Shown in pieces: positions 53,543 to 63,293 of a DNA stretch of 64,000 bases. Within the stretch, counting starts at the first letter, position 1, and each line of letters opens with the position of its first letter. This DNA comes from a virus: positions 1-64,000 of IMG/VR virus record IMGVR_UViG_3300027734_000056, one strand, 5' to 3'. The position numbers and the translations under genes were made by a program. The notes under the pieces were generated by a model, which saw nothing but the letters and a program-made list of their open reading frames with translations, was not told where the DNA came from and searched no databases.

Positions 53543-53733
53543 TATTCTGCTGTTGTTTCTTCGGAAACTTCAGTAACTTCTGGATTTAATTGACCTTTTG
53601 CTTGCTCATGAATTTTTTGTGTAAGTGGATTACAGATTTTTCCTGGTAGTTCTTGCAAACCAGCAAGTATTTGGTTAATTTCTTCTACTGAAAGATGTAG
53701 AAACAATAAAGTTTCATTAGTTGGTGTTGTCAT
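53542..53733 (-). CDS. Small hypothetical protein
   Basis: LSVEEINQILAGLQELP..KIHEQA; last gene of the minus-strand operon. Confidence 0.7.
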   Translation of the reverse strand: MTTPTNETLLFLHLSVEEINQILAGLQELPGKICNPLTQKIHEQAKGQLNPEVTEVSEETTAE

Positions 53734-53742
53734 TTTTATTTA

Positions 53743-55707
53743 TTATCTAATTGGGCAAGCGCCCGTTGCACATTCTTCTCCAATAATTTCATCAAAGCTA
53801 TTTGCCTCATCTAAATTTACTGGCTTTAGGGTAACGACATAGTCGTTGTAACTTTGCTCACTTACTACTTCTTGTGGAAGATATAAGTAACCAAGATCTT
53901 TTGCTGTTTTAGTTGGGTCTGTACGATAGATAAAACTAACGCCTACATAACAATCCCAATTAATTAACAACCAATCAATAATTGCAGGTACTTCTGCAGG
54001 ATCATAACTAATTGTTACACTAGTATTTTGTTGATTCCATGATGTTTGCAACAGCTTGTATCGTTCTAGCTGTATTACTGCTGACTCTAGATTAACCTCT
54101 TTGCCAGCGACATTGTCAAAAGGCACACCTTCCCAAGCTACTGGAAAAGTTACTAATACTCCTGAATCATCTACTGGGTGGTTGATTACTCTGTAGTTTG
54201 CTTCGCGTAGTTTTTCTACTACTGGGTCATGCTTACTAAACTGCACATTATTAAAAATATACTTGCCCAGCGGCTTGTGCACACCTTCGGTAGTATCCAT
54301 GATTTTGCTTAGTGTGCCTGAGGGCTTAACACAAGTGATATTTTTTGGACTAGGCAGTCCAAGTTCTTGTGCCATTCCAATAGCAGCACCTGTTGCTGTG
54401 CGTTTTAGGTATTCATAGTCATAGCTGCCCATATCGGGTCGCATTGCAATACCTGTTAAACCAACACCACACAAACGCATAAAGTAATTATTTAAATGCC
54501 AAGCTTCTTGTAAGATTCCGTCTTTGAGGTCCACACAAGTTTGTCTATAGTTTGCTCTAGCTGCCAATCTGATGGCACTGTGCAAACCAGCGGTGTCTCC
54601 TTTAAACTTGGCAATGTCAGTTTCGGTAAGGTTACAGAAACTTTTATTTCCGAGTAAGATTTCAACGCAGGGATTTGCTCCTTTAAACCAAGGGGCACGT
54701 CGTAAGGCTTCAACTTCATTTATAAATCCTGGTTCGCTTCCGCCAGCTTCTTGCATCATTGAAAAAATGCGTTCTAAGTCTGAGCGTAGTGGTTTTTCTT
54801 TAAATACTAAACTGTTGTTTGACTGTGTGCGGTGTGCGTTGTTATGTAGCCACCAGTCTTTTTTAGCTACGGCAAATTCTTCCCACTCTGGTTGTCCGTA
54901 GTCAAAAAGGGCAATTTCAGCACTGCGGCGACTGGATAAAATAGTGCCAAGATGATTAACAATGTCCAGAATATCCATCCTAGACAGTAAACTATCAGCA
55001 CGGCCATTAAGTATATTGGCGATAGCAAGATAAGCAGTACTAATTGCGCTATCGCCCGAAGAAATCCAACCATAACCTTTTAACCTTTCCCCTGCGGGGC
55101 GTAATTGACTAAAATCTAATACCAGCGTATTTGCTGGATATTTACCTGCTAGCAGTTTGCCAATAGATTTGGCCCAAGCTTCTGCACTGTCACCGATTTG
55201 CAGTGTCCAAGTAGCTGTTTCTGCATCCCAAGTTTCTGTGTTGTGCTCGTTTCCGCCTTTATCAACACGCGTACTACGAACTGTTTTGATATTTTTAATT
55301 GGCTTTGAAAAACCGTTAAGTGTACCAACAATTGGTTTAAACCCTACTCCGCAACCTTGTAGCAACAACCATAACACATCCACTACATCATAAACTGTTT
55401 CTACATTTGTAAAACTACAGTTAAATTGTGAAGCTTCACGTGTTTTGGCTACGTTTGTACCACCCAGCCAAAGTGTACGACCACTCATTAGCACTTTGCG
55501 ATCCAGCATAAGCTGCTCAAGGTCGTAAAGCTCTGCATATTCTAAGTCATTTAAATCACGACCAACTGCTCGTTGCCACAACCATTCTTGATGATCAATA
55601 ACTCTGGCTACTGTTTCTTGCCACGTTTCAAACTGTTTACCGTCGTCTGAAACGGGTCTGTTATATGTTCTACGCGTAATAACTTGCGCTCTTGTACTTA
55701 CTGTCAT
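53743..55707 (-). CDS. nrdJ: Class II (adenosylcobalamin-dependent) ribonucleotide reductase, monomeric RTPR type
   Basis: RRTYNR, SGRTLW, FNCSF, GCGVGF, NPCVEI, CNLTE, TCVKPSGT and C-terminal CATGACP; no beta-subunit gene adjacent. Confidence 0.88.
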   Translation of the reverse strand: MTVSTRAQVITRRTYNRPVSDDGKQFETWQETVARVIDHQEWLWQRAVGRDLNDLEYAELYDLEQLMLDRKVLMSGRTLWLGGTNVAKTREASQFNCSFTNVETVYDVVDVLWLLLQGCGVGFKPIVGTLNGFSKPIKNIKTVRSTRVDKGGNEHNTETWDAETATWTLQIGDSAEAWAKSIGKLLAGKYPANTLVLDFSQLRPAGERLKGYGWISSGDSAISTAYLAIANILNGRADSLLSRMDILDIVNHLGTILSSRRSAEIALFDYGQPEWEEFAVAKKDWWLHNNAHRTQSNNSLVFKEKPLRSDLERIFSMMQEAGGSEPGFINEVEALRRAPWFKGANPCVEILLGNKSFCNLTETDIAKFKGDTAGLHSAIRLAARANYRQTCVDLKDGILQEAWHLNNYFMRLCGVGLTGIAMRPDMGSYDYEYLKRTATGAAIGMAQELGLPSPKNITCVKPSGTLSKIMDTTEGVHKPLGKYIFNNVQFSKHDPVVEKLREANYRVINHPVDDSGVLVTFPVAWEGVPFDNVAGKEVNLESAVIQLERYKLLQTSWNQQNTSVTISYDPAEVPAIIDWLLINWDCYVGVSFIYRTDPTKTAKDLGYLYLPQEVVSEQSYNDYVVTLKPVNLDEANSFDEIIGEECATGACPIR

Positions 55708-55716
55708 CTATTTCCT

Positions 55717-56196
55717 TTATGTACCAGTACTGCCAAATCCGCCAGTACCACGTTTTGTATCATTCCATGCATCTACAAAATCAACCAACAAAACTGGCAT
55801 GATTACCAGTTGTGCAATTCTGTCTCCGCGTTTTATTTCATAACGATCTTCGGAAATATTTTTTAAAATTATTTTTATATTTCCACGATAATCACTATCA
55901 ATAACGCCTACTGAGTGAGGGATAGTAATTCCCTTTTTTCCCTGACTGCTTCTGTTAAACACAAAGCCTGCATAGCCTTCTGGAATTTTTACCGCTACCC
56001 CAGTATCAATCATTTTTTGTTCGTTGGGATAAATTTCACAAGTTTCAGTGCTCATTAAATCTGCACCAGCATCTGTGCGATTGGCACGTTGCGGTAAAAA
56101 TTCAGCGCTATCTACTCGGCACTCAACTGTTTGCTTTATGGCTACTCCACGATTGTGATCGTAGTCTCGATTAATATTCATAATAAAATTACTCAT
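55717..56196 (-). CDS. dut: dUTPase (trimeric)
   Basis: AGADL, RSSQG, GVIDSDYRG, RIAQL, RGTGGFGSTG. Confidence 0.97.
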   Translation of the reverse strand: MSNFIMNINRDYDHNRGVAIKQTVECRVDSAEFLPQRANRTDAGADLMSTETCEIYPNEQKMIDTGVAVKIPEGYAGFVFNRSSQGKKGITIPHSVGVIDSDYRGNIKIILKNISEDRYEIKRGDRIAQLVIMPVLLVDFVDAWNDTKRGTGGFGSTGT

Positions 56197-57043
56197 TTAT
56201 ATACTTTTCTAAAATTTTATCTACTATTTTACAATTTTCTACACCCAGGGCTTCTTCAGAGTGTGTAACCAAATCCATTAATTTATAGTTTAACAATAAG
56301 TTGTCTACACCAAATTCATTTAGTGCGGCAATATATTTATATTTGCTAGCAATAGGCAGCGCTGCAATAATATCGTAAGTGCTACCATACTGTTGTACCA
56401 GCTGCAAAGCACGCTTTGGGCCAACACCAGGAACACCAGGAACGTTATCACCAGTATCGCCTGTTAAACACTTAATTGAAATATATTCATCTTGCGAAAA
56501 GTCATAGTGCTCATTCCAATTGTCGTGTGTTATTTCTTTGCGTGTAACATAGCTAAATCTTGATACTTCAGGCTGTACTAACAAATCCCAGTCTTTATCA
56601 CTGGAAATTAACCAAATTTGTTTTAAATTGTGTTTTTTTCTTTTACTTACTATGTAAGCCGCAATATCATCTGCTTCCACACCTCGAAAACGAATTACAG
56701 GATATTTTTCTTGATTTTCATAATCAGTCAATATAGACTGCACTTCTTCAAAAAATATTTCAAATTCGCGTTTTTCTTGTTCGGTTTGATCTGCGTATTT
56801 ATCTTTGCGATTTTGTTTGTATTCTGGATAAAGAGCCTTGCGGTAACTGCTAGAACCAACGTCACCAGCAATTATTAGTTTGTCTGCTTTGTAAGATTTT
56901 TTAAGACTTTCTACCGTTCTCATGTAGTCTTCTGCAAAATCTACTGCCCCGCTGTGCTTATATCTAAAAGCTAGGTTTAAACTATCCACAATCATTAATG
57001 TGCTGTTATCGGCTGCTGTAATTTCTTGAAATGTTTTAGTCAT
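56189..57043 (-). CDS. D15: Flap endonuclease / 5'-3' exonuclease (T5 D15)
   Basis: IVDSLNLAFR, YPEYKQNR, GVEADD, SSDKDW, GDTGDNVPGVPGVGPKRA. Confidence 0.95.
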   Translation of the reverse strand: MTKTFQEITAADNSTLMIVDSLNLAFRYKHSGAVDFAEDYMRTVESLKKSYKADKLIIAGDVGSSSYRKALYPEYKQNRKDKYADQTEQEKREFEIFFEEVQSILTDYENQEKYPVIRFRGVEADDIAAYIVSKRKKHNLKQIWLISSDKDWDLLVQPEVSRFSYVTRKEITHDNWNEHYDFSQDEYISIKCLTGDTGDNVPGVPGVGPKRALQLVQQYGSTYDIIAALPIASKYKYIAALNEFGVDNLLLNYKLMDLVTHSEEALGVENCKIVDKILEKYINE

Positions 57044-57067
57044 GGTGTTTCTCAGTTTTTAATATTT

Positions 57068-57096
57068 ATTATAACACTTTTTTGTTTGTTTTTCAA
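57068..57096 (-). promoter_or_regulatory. Sigma70 promoter for D15-dut-nrdJ
   Basis: TTGAAA-17-TATAAT with extended TG. Confidence 0.75.
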
Positions 57097-57548
57097 GCTA
57101 TAAATTTTGGAGCTTCATGTTGTATAAAATCTTCTAGTAGCGCAACTGAGAACTCGTAGTCTTTTGCACTAATTGTCATAAACCTGTAGCCACCAGCAGG
57201 CAGATCACTGTAAGCACAAAATATCTTAGACCTGTCATGTTTGAAAATTAACAGAGGCTGTTTTTTAACTTGCTTGCCTTGCCTTACTGCTTGTTCCCAC
57301 CAAGTTAATAGTTGCGGATCTTTAGCAGTAAGTATGCTACTTGTTAAGTGATCTTGTTCATAGTGTTTTACTTCAACTGAGTACAAGTTATTTTCATTAG
57401 GCACATACAAATCGCCTTTTAGCCCGTGCTTAGGGTCTAAAGCGCCAGAGCTAGGTACTCGTTCCCACTGTAGTCCAGTTAGTTTTCTTAATAAATCTCT
57501 AACCGTTGTTTCTGCTCTTGCACCTTTTGCTCTGGAGTCTACTGTCAT
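57093..57548 (-). CDS. D14: Holliday-junction resolvase-like nuclease (T5 D14)
   Basis: DSRAKGARAE..RVPSSGA..KGDL..VEVK..WWEQA (PD-(D/E)XK). Confidence 0.85.
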   Translation of the reverse strand: MTVDSRAKGARAETTVRDLLRKLTGLQWERVPSSGALDPKHGLKGDLYVPNENNLYSVEVKHYEQDHLTSSILTAKDPQLLTWWEQAVRQGKQVKKQPLLIFKHDRSKIFCAYSDLPAGGYRFMTISAKDYEFSVALLEDFIQHEAPKFIA

Positions 57549-59353
57549 GCTTCTATCCTTGACATATTTTTTGATTTTGTTACTTGTAGTTTTTCTAGTA
57601 GTGGATGGCTAAAACCATGAGATATTAAAAATGTATTAAGATTTTCTTCTTTTAATAACACTTCAATTAATTTCTCTTTGCCTTCTGCATCTAGATTTTC
57701 TACTGTTTCGTCTAATATCAATAGGTTAGTTCTAGAATTAGATAAAGACTGCATTAGTTTACGTATTGCAAGCAAAGTACATACATTTACTCTTGCTCGT
57801 TCTCCGCTACTTAAAGCAATAATATCTATATCATTGCCATTATCAGTAACTACTACATTTAGTTTATCAGAACTGGTTATTTTAAAACTTATCTGAAACC
57901 TGCCGTCTGCTAGTTCAGCTAAGTATTCGTTAGTTAAACTTTCTAGATCTTTGACTAAGCACTCAATTTTATAAGCAACCAAACCTGTTGTTGAAAAGGC
58001 TTTTACTAAAACTTGCAGGTTAGTTAGTTCACTTACTTTTACTACTAATTCTGCATTCAGCTCTTTAAGATCCTTTTTCATAGAATCCATTTGTTCTGAA
58101 ACTACAGAAATTTTGGAATTATGCTCTGCTATACTTTTATTTGCGTTTCGTGCATTACTAATTCTTGTATTTATATTGTTTATAATTTCTTCTAGATTAT
58201 TTATTTCTTCTATTAGTAAATCTTTATCAGTTAATTTTTCGCTAATATCTGTGTCAATTAAAGCATGATACTTTTCTATTTCTAAAACTTTATCATTATG
58301 GGTTTTCCAGTCTTTGACTCGTGTTTCGGCATCTTCTATGAAAACAGTTAATTTAACTATTTCTTTTTCTAGTTCTGGTCTTCTGTTATTTCTAAAATCT
58401 TCTGCCATTGAGTACATTGTGGTATTATCAATGGTTTGCTTACAAGTAACACAAGTACTAATCGGTTCACTACATTTTGCTGCTAGTTTGCCACCTTCTT
58501 GCAGTTCTTTTTTAAGAACTGCCAAGTCAACTTTTAGCGAATTTATTTTATCACTTGTTGGCGGCTCGCTTGGCGCAGCTCCAATTTTTATTTTGGACAG
58601 CAATTCTTTGTATTTGTTATTGTTTATTACCTTTTTATTGGTAGTTTCAATATTCTTTAATTCGTTTGTTTTTGTGTTAAGCTCTGAAACTAGTTCTGTT
58701 GGGGCTTCAGGCTCTTCAACTGGTTCTTTTGGTGTTAAATCAAAGTTTTGATATTTTTTAATCCAAGACTCTATTGTACCAATTTTTGTTTGTATTGCAT
58801 CAACAGTTTTATTAGCATCACTAGCTAAGTTTTTAAATACATCACTAGCTTTTGTGTAGATGTTTAAATTTAATAAATCTATCAAAAACTTTTTTCGTGC
58901 AGTATCAGTTGCTGTTAAAAACTCAAGCGATCCCACACTGCTTTGATACACAATTTGACTAAAAGTTTTATGGTCATAACCTATAATATACTCAAGAGCT
59001 TTGTAAGTTCCTGTGGCAGTGTGATTGCTAATATCTACGCCATCACGGTAGAGCTTTACAGTTGAGTTTGCACCAGTTCTTGTGGTTTTAACGCAGTACT
59101 CTACTCCATCTTTGTCAAAATCAAGTTCTATTGTATAATTCTTATCTTTAGTGTATCTGTTAAGAATATCTGCTTTTTTAATCTTTTTGCTGTTTTGGTT
59201 GTATAATACTTCTTCTATGATTAAGGCTATGGAACTTTTTCCATGTCCATTTTTACCAACAATTTGTGTTAGCGGACTGCCATTAAGTGTAACTGTATTA
59301 TCTGTGCCATAAGAAAAAGCATTACTCCATCTTAGTTCTTTAAAAGTTATCAT
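57545..59353 (-). CDS. D13: SbcC/Rad50-like ATPase (T5 D13)
   Basis: GKNGHGKSS, Zn hook CVTC, LSSGE, LILDE, ISH. Confidence 0.93.
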   Translation of the reverse strand: MITFKELRWSNAFSYGTDNTVTLNGSPLTQIVGKNGHGKSSIALIIEEVLYNQNSKKIKKADILNRYTKDKNYTIELDFDKDGVEYCVKTTRTGANSTVKLYRDGVDISNHTATGTYKALEYIIGYDHKTFSQIVYQSSVGSLEFLTATDTARKKFLIDLLNLNIYTKASDVFKNLASDANKTVDAIQTKIGTIESWIKKYQNFDLTPKEPVEEPEAPTELVSELNTKTNELKNIETTNKKVINNNKYKELLSKIKIGAAPSEPPTSDKINSLKVDLAVLKKELQEGGKLAAKCSEPISTCVTCKQTIDNTTMYSMAEDFRNNRRPELEKEIVKLTVFIEDAETRVKDWKTHNDKVLEIEKYHALIDTDISEKLTDKDLLIEEINNLEEIINNINTRISNARNANKSIAEHNSKISVVSEQMDSMKKDLKELNAELVVKVSELTNLQVLVKAFSTTGLVAYKIECLVKDLESLTNEYLAELADGRFQISFKITSSDKLNVVVTDNGNDIDIIALSSGERARVNVCTLLAIRKLMQSLSNSRTNLLILDETVENLDAEGKEKLIEVLLKEENLNTFLISHGFSHPLLEKLQVTKSKNMSRIEA

Positions 59354-60306
59354 TCTATTGCAATCTTATCTAAGTTATTATTTAGAACTTGTACTATGTC
59401 TTCAACAGTTTTTTCTGGAAGTTGAAGTATGTAAGTTAAATACTCCTGAAGTTCAGCTGCCAGAGTCATGTTAGGGTCTAGTATTAGTGCTGTATCAGAT
59501 TGACGTTTTACAACTTTTTTATCTATTAAACTACTATCGGCTAATGAGCCTAATTCAGCCATATCACCTTCAATTTCATAGATTGTGTGGTCGTATTCAG
59601 TAGCTGGCATAGCATCGCCTGCACGAATAGTTTTACGAATAAGTTGCGGAAGCTCTAGCTTTATCCACTCATGAGCCAGCGTAGTACTATCAAACACGAT
59701 AACGCCTGTATCAACCCTGTTGCGATGAAAACTGGTAGTGACAGGGCTTCCAGGATATAGTATGTTGCGCTGGCAATTATCATAGCTATGCAAATCGCCT
59801 GCAAGGACCACTTGCCAGCGATCAAATAGTGCCAAATCAATTTCAGGTTTAACATGGGGTGGAATCTCGCCACGAACGTGTGTAAAACAAATGTCACCGT
59901 GTGTTAAATGCGGTGCCTTTTCAAATTCTTTTAGTTTATTGTATGGAATAAAATCCATATTTTCTATTTGGTAATAATCATCTATTACTGTTACTAAACT
60001 GTTAAGTCTAGTAGTGCTACGCTTTAAATAACTAAAAAACGTAGTGTCTTTCTTTAAGGCTTCATGATTGCCTGCATAAATAATGCAAGGAATTGTTATT
60101 GAAGCTATTAGATCAAAGTAAACTTCCAGCTCATCCATAGTGGGCATACGATCAAATACGTCACCACCAAGCACTAGTAAATCACAATTTGCTTGAATTT
60201 GTTGCAGCTGTTCTATAAACAGTTTGTAGCGGTTAAGTGCCCAGTCTATTGGCACATTTTTTTGACCTAGTTTTATATGTATATCTGCTGTAAATAGTAT
60301 TTTCAT
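59350..60306 (-). CDS. D12: SbcD/Mre11-like nuclease (T5 D12)
   Basis: ADIH, GGDVFD, GNHE, GDLH, YPGSP. Confidence 0.93.
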   Translation of the reverse strand: MKILFTADIHIKLGQKNVPIDWALNRYKLFIEQLQQIQANCDLLVLGGDVFDRMPTMDELEVYFDLIASITIPCIIYAGNHEALKKDTTFFSYLKRSTTRLNSLVTVIDDYYQIENMDFIPYNKLKEFEKAPHLTHGDICFTHVRGEIPPHVKPEIDLALFDRWQVVLAGDLHSYDNCQRNILYPGSPVTTSFHRNRVDTGVIVFDSTTLAHEWIKLELPQLIRKTIRAGDAMPATEYDHTIYEIEGDMAELGSLADSSLIDKKVVKRQSDTALILDPNMTLAAELQEYLTYILQLPEKTVEDIVQVLNNNLDKIAIE

Positions 60307-60326
60307 TAATTCTTTCTTTTCAGCGC

Positions 60327-60359
60327 AAAAAGCCCCTTGAACCTAAATCCAAGGGGCTT
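60327..60359 (-). terminator. Intrinsic terminator after D11
   Basis: Minus strand AAGCCCCTTGG-loop-TCAAGGGGCTTTTT. Confidence 0.8.
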
Positions 60360-60363
60360 GACT

Positions 60364-60999
60364 TTATTGTGTTAAATCACTAACTGATTCAGCGTCAACA
60401 CCACTATCATTACCTTCTTCTGCACCTGCAGACAGTCGATCTAGAGTGGCCTTAACTTCATCAGCAGTAGCACGAGGAAATTTTTCATCAATGGCAACGG
60501 CTTGTTCAACGATTGCTTTTTCTTCTTTGCTTAGTGCGCGCTTTTTACAACGCAAAACTGATAGTGTATATTCAACATTAAATGCAAGCGGCCCAGTTTT
60601 AACTCGTTTGAACACTACATCCCAGCCTGTGTCAAGATCAGTAGGATCACCTAAGTCTTCTGCTGCACTGCAAATTTGCTCAAACAATTTTTTCTTTAAG
60701 TTTAAAACAACTACTTTACCGTCTACTAATGCGTTTACAGAGTAGCTCCAGCTGCATTTTTTATCTGCGTAATAGTCAGGAACATGATCGTATTCAGTGT
60801 TTGTAAACTTTTCTTTTTCACGATCAAAAGCAAGGCACTCAACTGGAATATCTTTGTTGTTTGTACCCTTTAACCAGTAAATATATCTGGGTAAAATGCC
60901 ACCAACTAGTCTAACAGTATTTTCACCGTCTTTGTAAGCGTATGCTTCGTATGAGCTTTTAATTGCTTTGCCTTTTGTTTGTGTAAATGCTAATGCCAT
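60364..60999 (-). CDS. D11: ssDNA-binding protein (T5 D11-like)
   Basis: RYIYW..ECLAFDREKE..LKKKLFEQI..DPTD.DTGWD..KTGPLAFNVEY; acidic tail; synteny. Confidence 0.85.
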   Translation of the reverse strand: MALAFTQTKGKAIKSSYEAYAYKDGENTVRLVGGILPRYIYWLKGTNNKDIPVECLAFDREKEKFTNTEYDHVPDYYADKKCSWSYSVNALVDGKVVVLNLKKKLFEQICSAAEDLGDPTDLDTGWDVVFKRVKTGPLAFNVEYTLSVLRCKKRALSKEEKAIVEQAVAIDEKFPRATADEVKATLDRLSAGAEEGNDSGVDAESVSDLTQ

Positions 61000-61002
61000 T
61001 TT

Positions 61003-61383
61003 TTAGTTTTCCTCGTATTTAAATTTAATTTCTTTTTGTGTTATTGTTAACAACGGATTGTTTTTAATTGCGTCATATTTTATATCTGGAAAATATGAAG
61101 TATCTAGTGCCTTGTATTTGTAAAGTTTATATAAACTGTAATCTCTATATGCTGCCAATTTTATGTATTGTACTTTATATAAAATGTCTGTTGACAAGTC
61201 TTCAAACAAAGGCTTTGGATGTAGAATGTAACTACTTCCTGCCAGTGGTATGCTGCTGGGTTTATACTTTGACTTTTTGTTTGCCAATCTGCCTGTGTAG
61301 TGGTACTCAAGTAAAGTAATAAACTTATCTGCATTTGTACCACATTGAGATTCTAAAACCTTTAAGTTAAAAAATAAAGCCAT
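61003..61383 (-). CDS. Hypothetical protein in the T5-like slot between D10 and D11
   Basis: MALFFNL..YIKLAAYRDY..NPLL..IKFKYE; has its own promoter. Confidence 0.7.
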   Translation of the reverse strand: MALFFNLKVLESQCGTNADKFITLLEYHYTGRLANKKSKYKPSSIPLAGSSYILHPKPLFEDLSTDILYKVQYIKLAAYRDYSLYKLYKYKALDTSYFPDIKYDAIKNNPLLTITQKEIKFKYEEN

Positions 61384-61403
61384 TGTGCCTCTCTGACATA
61401 AGT

Positions 61404-61432
61404 ATTATAACATAATTTTATAGGTAACACAA
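61404..61432 (-). promoter_or_regulatory. Sigma70 promoter
   Basis: TTGTGT-17-TATAAT with extended TG. Confidence 0.65.
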
Positions 61433-61440
61433 GTGTAAAT

Positions 61441-62733
61441 TTATGTTCCCACCACTTGCCAACCTTTTCGTGAATAAAAGGCAAGTCGTTCTTTGTTTTG
61501 TTTTTTGTCGCTTGGACCGCTAAAATTCATATCAAGTACAACTGGTTGAAGCTTGTTTTCATGTTGACGCATTATTCGCCCAATTATTTGTTCTAGTAAT
61601 GCGTCATTTGCAATGGGACTTGCCAAGATAACACAGCTGAGTATGTTGATTGAGATGCCTTCTGAGAAGATTTGACGGCTACCAGCAATGCAGCTTTTTT
61701 CTCCGTTTTCCACTTGTTGTTTAAGGGCAGTTCTTTCTTCATACGTTGTGCCCCCAGTAATACACACACAGTCTTTGCCAATTAGTTCTCCCACTTGTTG
61801 TAAAAATTCTACTCTATCTGCAATAATTAATACTTTGTGACCCTTATCTATTTGCAGTTTTGCTACTGTTGCAATAAACTGTTGGTAGTCAGGATCATAC
61901 TGTAAGATATTCATTTTTTTAACCCAAGGCTCACCTTGTGCTAAACTAACACCAGTTTGTACAATTTGTACTATGGGAGTCATTGTGTTTGAGCTTGGTG
62001 GCTGATGCAGTTGAAAACCAAAAAAGTCTTTAAACAAAATATGTTTGCCGTCTTTTCTGCTCATTGTACCACTTAAGCCAATTTTATATCTAGCATGCAT
62101 GCCGTCAATAAAACTAGTAAAAGTACTAGCAGGACAGTGGTGTGCTTCATCAATGATTACTGTGCCGAATTCTTTGCTAATTTGTGGCAAAATTTTAGTT
62201 AGTGTTTGTATATTACCAACTACTAGTGCATGATCTATATCAAAGTGGCCGCTGCCAATTATGCCAATAGGCATATTATAGATCTTTTTAGCTTCTTCAA
62301 TCCACTGATCTCGCAGCATGGTGTTGTGACACACAATAAGTGTTTTTTTGCCTAATTTTCGTACTATATGCAGCGCACAAAACGTTTTTCCCCAACCTAC
62401 CATGGCATTAATAAAACACGTATCTGAAACAGCGTCATAAACTGTTTGCTGATCGGGTCGTAAATTTAATTTTGGCACAGGAAATGGCATTTCTTGATTT
62501 ATGCGTTTGTCAATGATTTCAAAGTTTTTAGGAATTAAATCAGTTCTGCCTATTGGAATAGTAATAACATTTTTGCCTACCAATTTGAAATTTTTAATAA
62601 TTTCAAACTGACTGAAGTGGGTAGCACCTGGAATATTTTTTTTAATTTTGTAAGTTAGGGTACGAATTAGCTGTTGCGTTAGTTCAGGGGTTGTGTCTAG
62701 GTATATTCGGTTTGAAAGTACGGCTTTGGGCAT
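61441..62733 (-). CDS. D10: SF2 helicase (T5 D10)
   Basis: GWGKT, DEAHH, LSGT, EGIS, QIIGRIMR; ATG overlaps the upstream stop. Confidence 0.93.
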   Translation of the reverse strand: MPKAVLSNRIYLDTTPELTQQLIRTLTYKIKKNIPGATHFSQFEIIKNFKLVGKNVITIPIGRTDLIPKNFEIIDKRINQEMPFPVPKLNLRPDQQTVYDAVSDTCFINAMVGWGKTFCALHIVRKLGKKTLIVCHNTMLRDQWIEEAKKIYNMPIGIIGSGHFDIDHALVVGNIQTLTKILPQISKEFGTVIIDEAHHCPASTFTSFIDGMHARYKIGLSGTMSRKDGKHILFKDFFGFQLHQPPSSNTMTPIVQIVQTGVSLAQGEPWVKKMNILQYDPDYQQFIATVAKLQIDKGHKVLIIADRVEFLQQVGELIGKDCVCITGGTTYEERTALKQQVENGEKSCIAGSRQIFSEGISINILSCVILASPIANDALLEQIIGRIMRQHENKLQPVVLDMNFSGPSDKKQNKERLAFYSRKGWQVVGT

Positions 62734-63293
62734 TAAATCATTCTCCAAGTGCTGTCATAGTGTTGGTCGTAAAAACCATATAGTATATGATTTTTTTGAA
62801 ATGTTAGTACGCCCACATGAGTTTTGTCTGGCTTTGGCGGATAAAGAGCTTTAAATCTAGTTGTTATATCCACACACTGAACTACGACTCCGCCAGTTGG
62901 TATGGGTATTAAGTTTTCTATTTTGTGAAAAGTTAAACGTGCACGATTTGATTTTTTATAACGAAATATACTGCCTACACTATCAATAAACCAAGTTTTT
63001 CTATCGGCCAGTTTTATTAAATCGCCCAAAAAGTATAAGGCATTGGTTAGCTTGGCTAGTGGAACAGCTTGATTTTTTAGCACCAATCTGCGGCGGCTTA
63101 GGGTATCATGTGGTATGTTTCTGTCATCTAGTATAGTATACTTTATAGTTTTAACAGACTCTGACTTTTCGTGTCGTTCTCTTTCAGCATAGTAATACAC
63201 AAGCCCATTATCTATCTGAGGCTCGTGTATTCCTATTTTAAATACGGGAAAGTGTATTGTCTGTAAGTTGGTAATATTTATCAAATTTTCCAA
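62733..63293 (-). CDS. Hypothetical protein in the T5-like slot between pol and D10
   Basis: FPVFKI..ILDDRNI..TL.RRRL..FIDS.G..F.YKK..WRMI; synteny. Confidence 0.7.
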   Translation of the reverse strand: MENLINITNLQTIHFPVFKIGIHEPQIDNGLVYYYAERERHEKSESVKTIKYTILDDRNIPHDTLSRRRLVLKNQAVPLAKLTNALYFLGDLIKLADRKTWFIDSVGSIFRYKKSNRARLTFHKIENLIPIPTGGVVVQCVDITTRFKALYPPKPDKTHVGVLTFQKNHILYGFYDQHYDSTWRMI

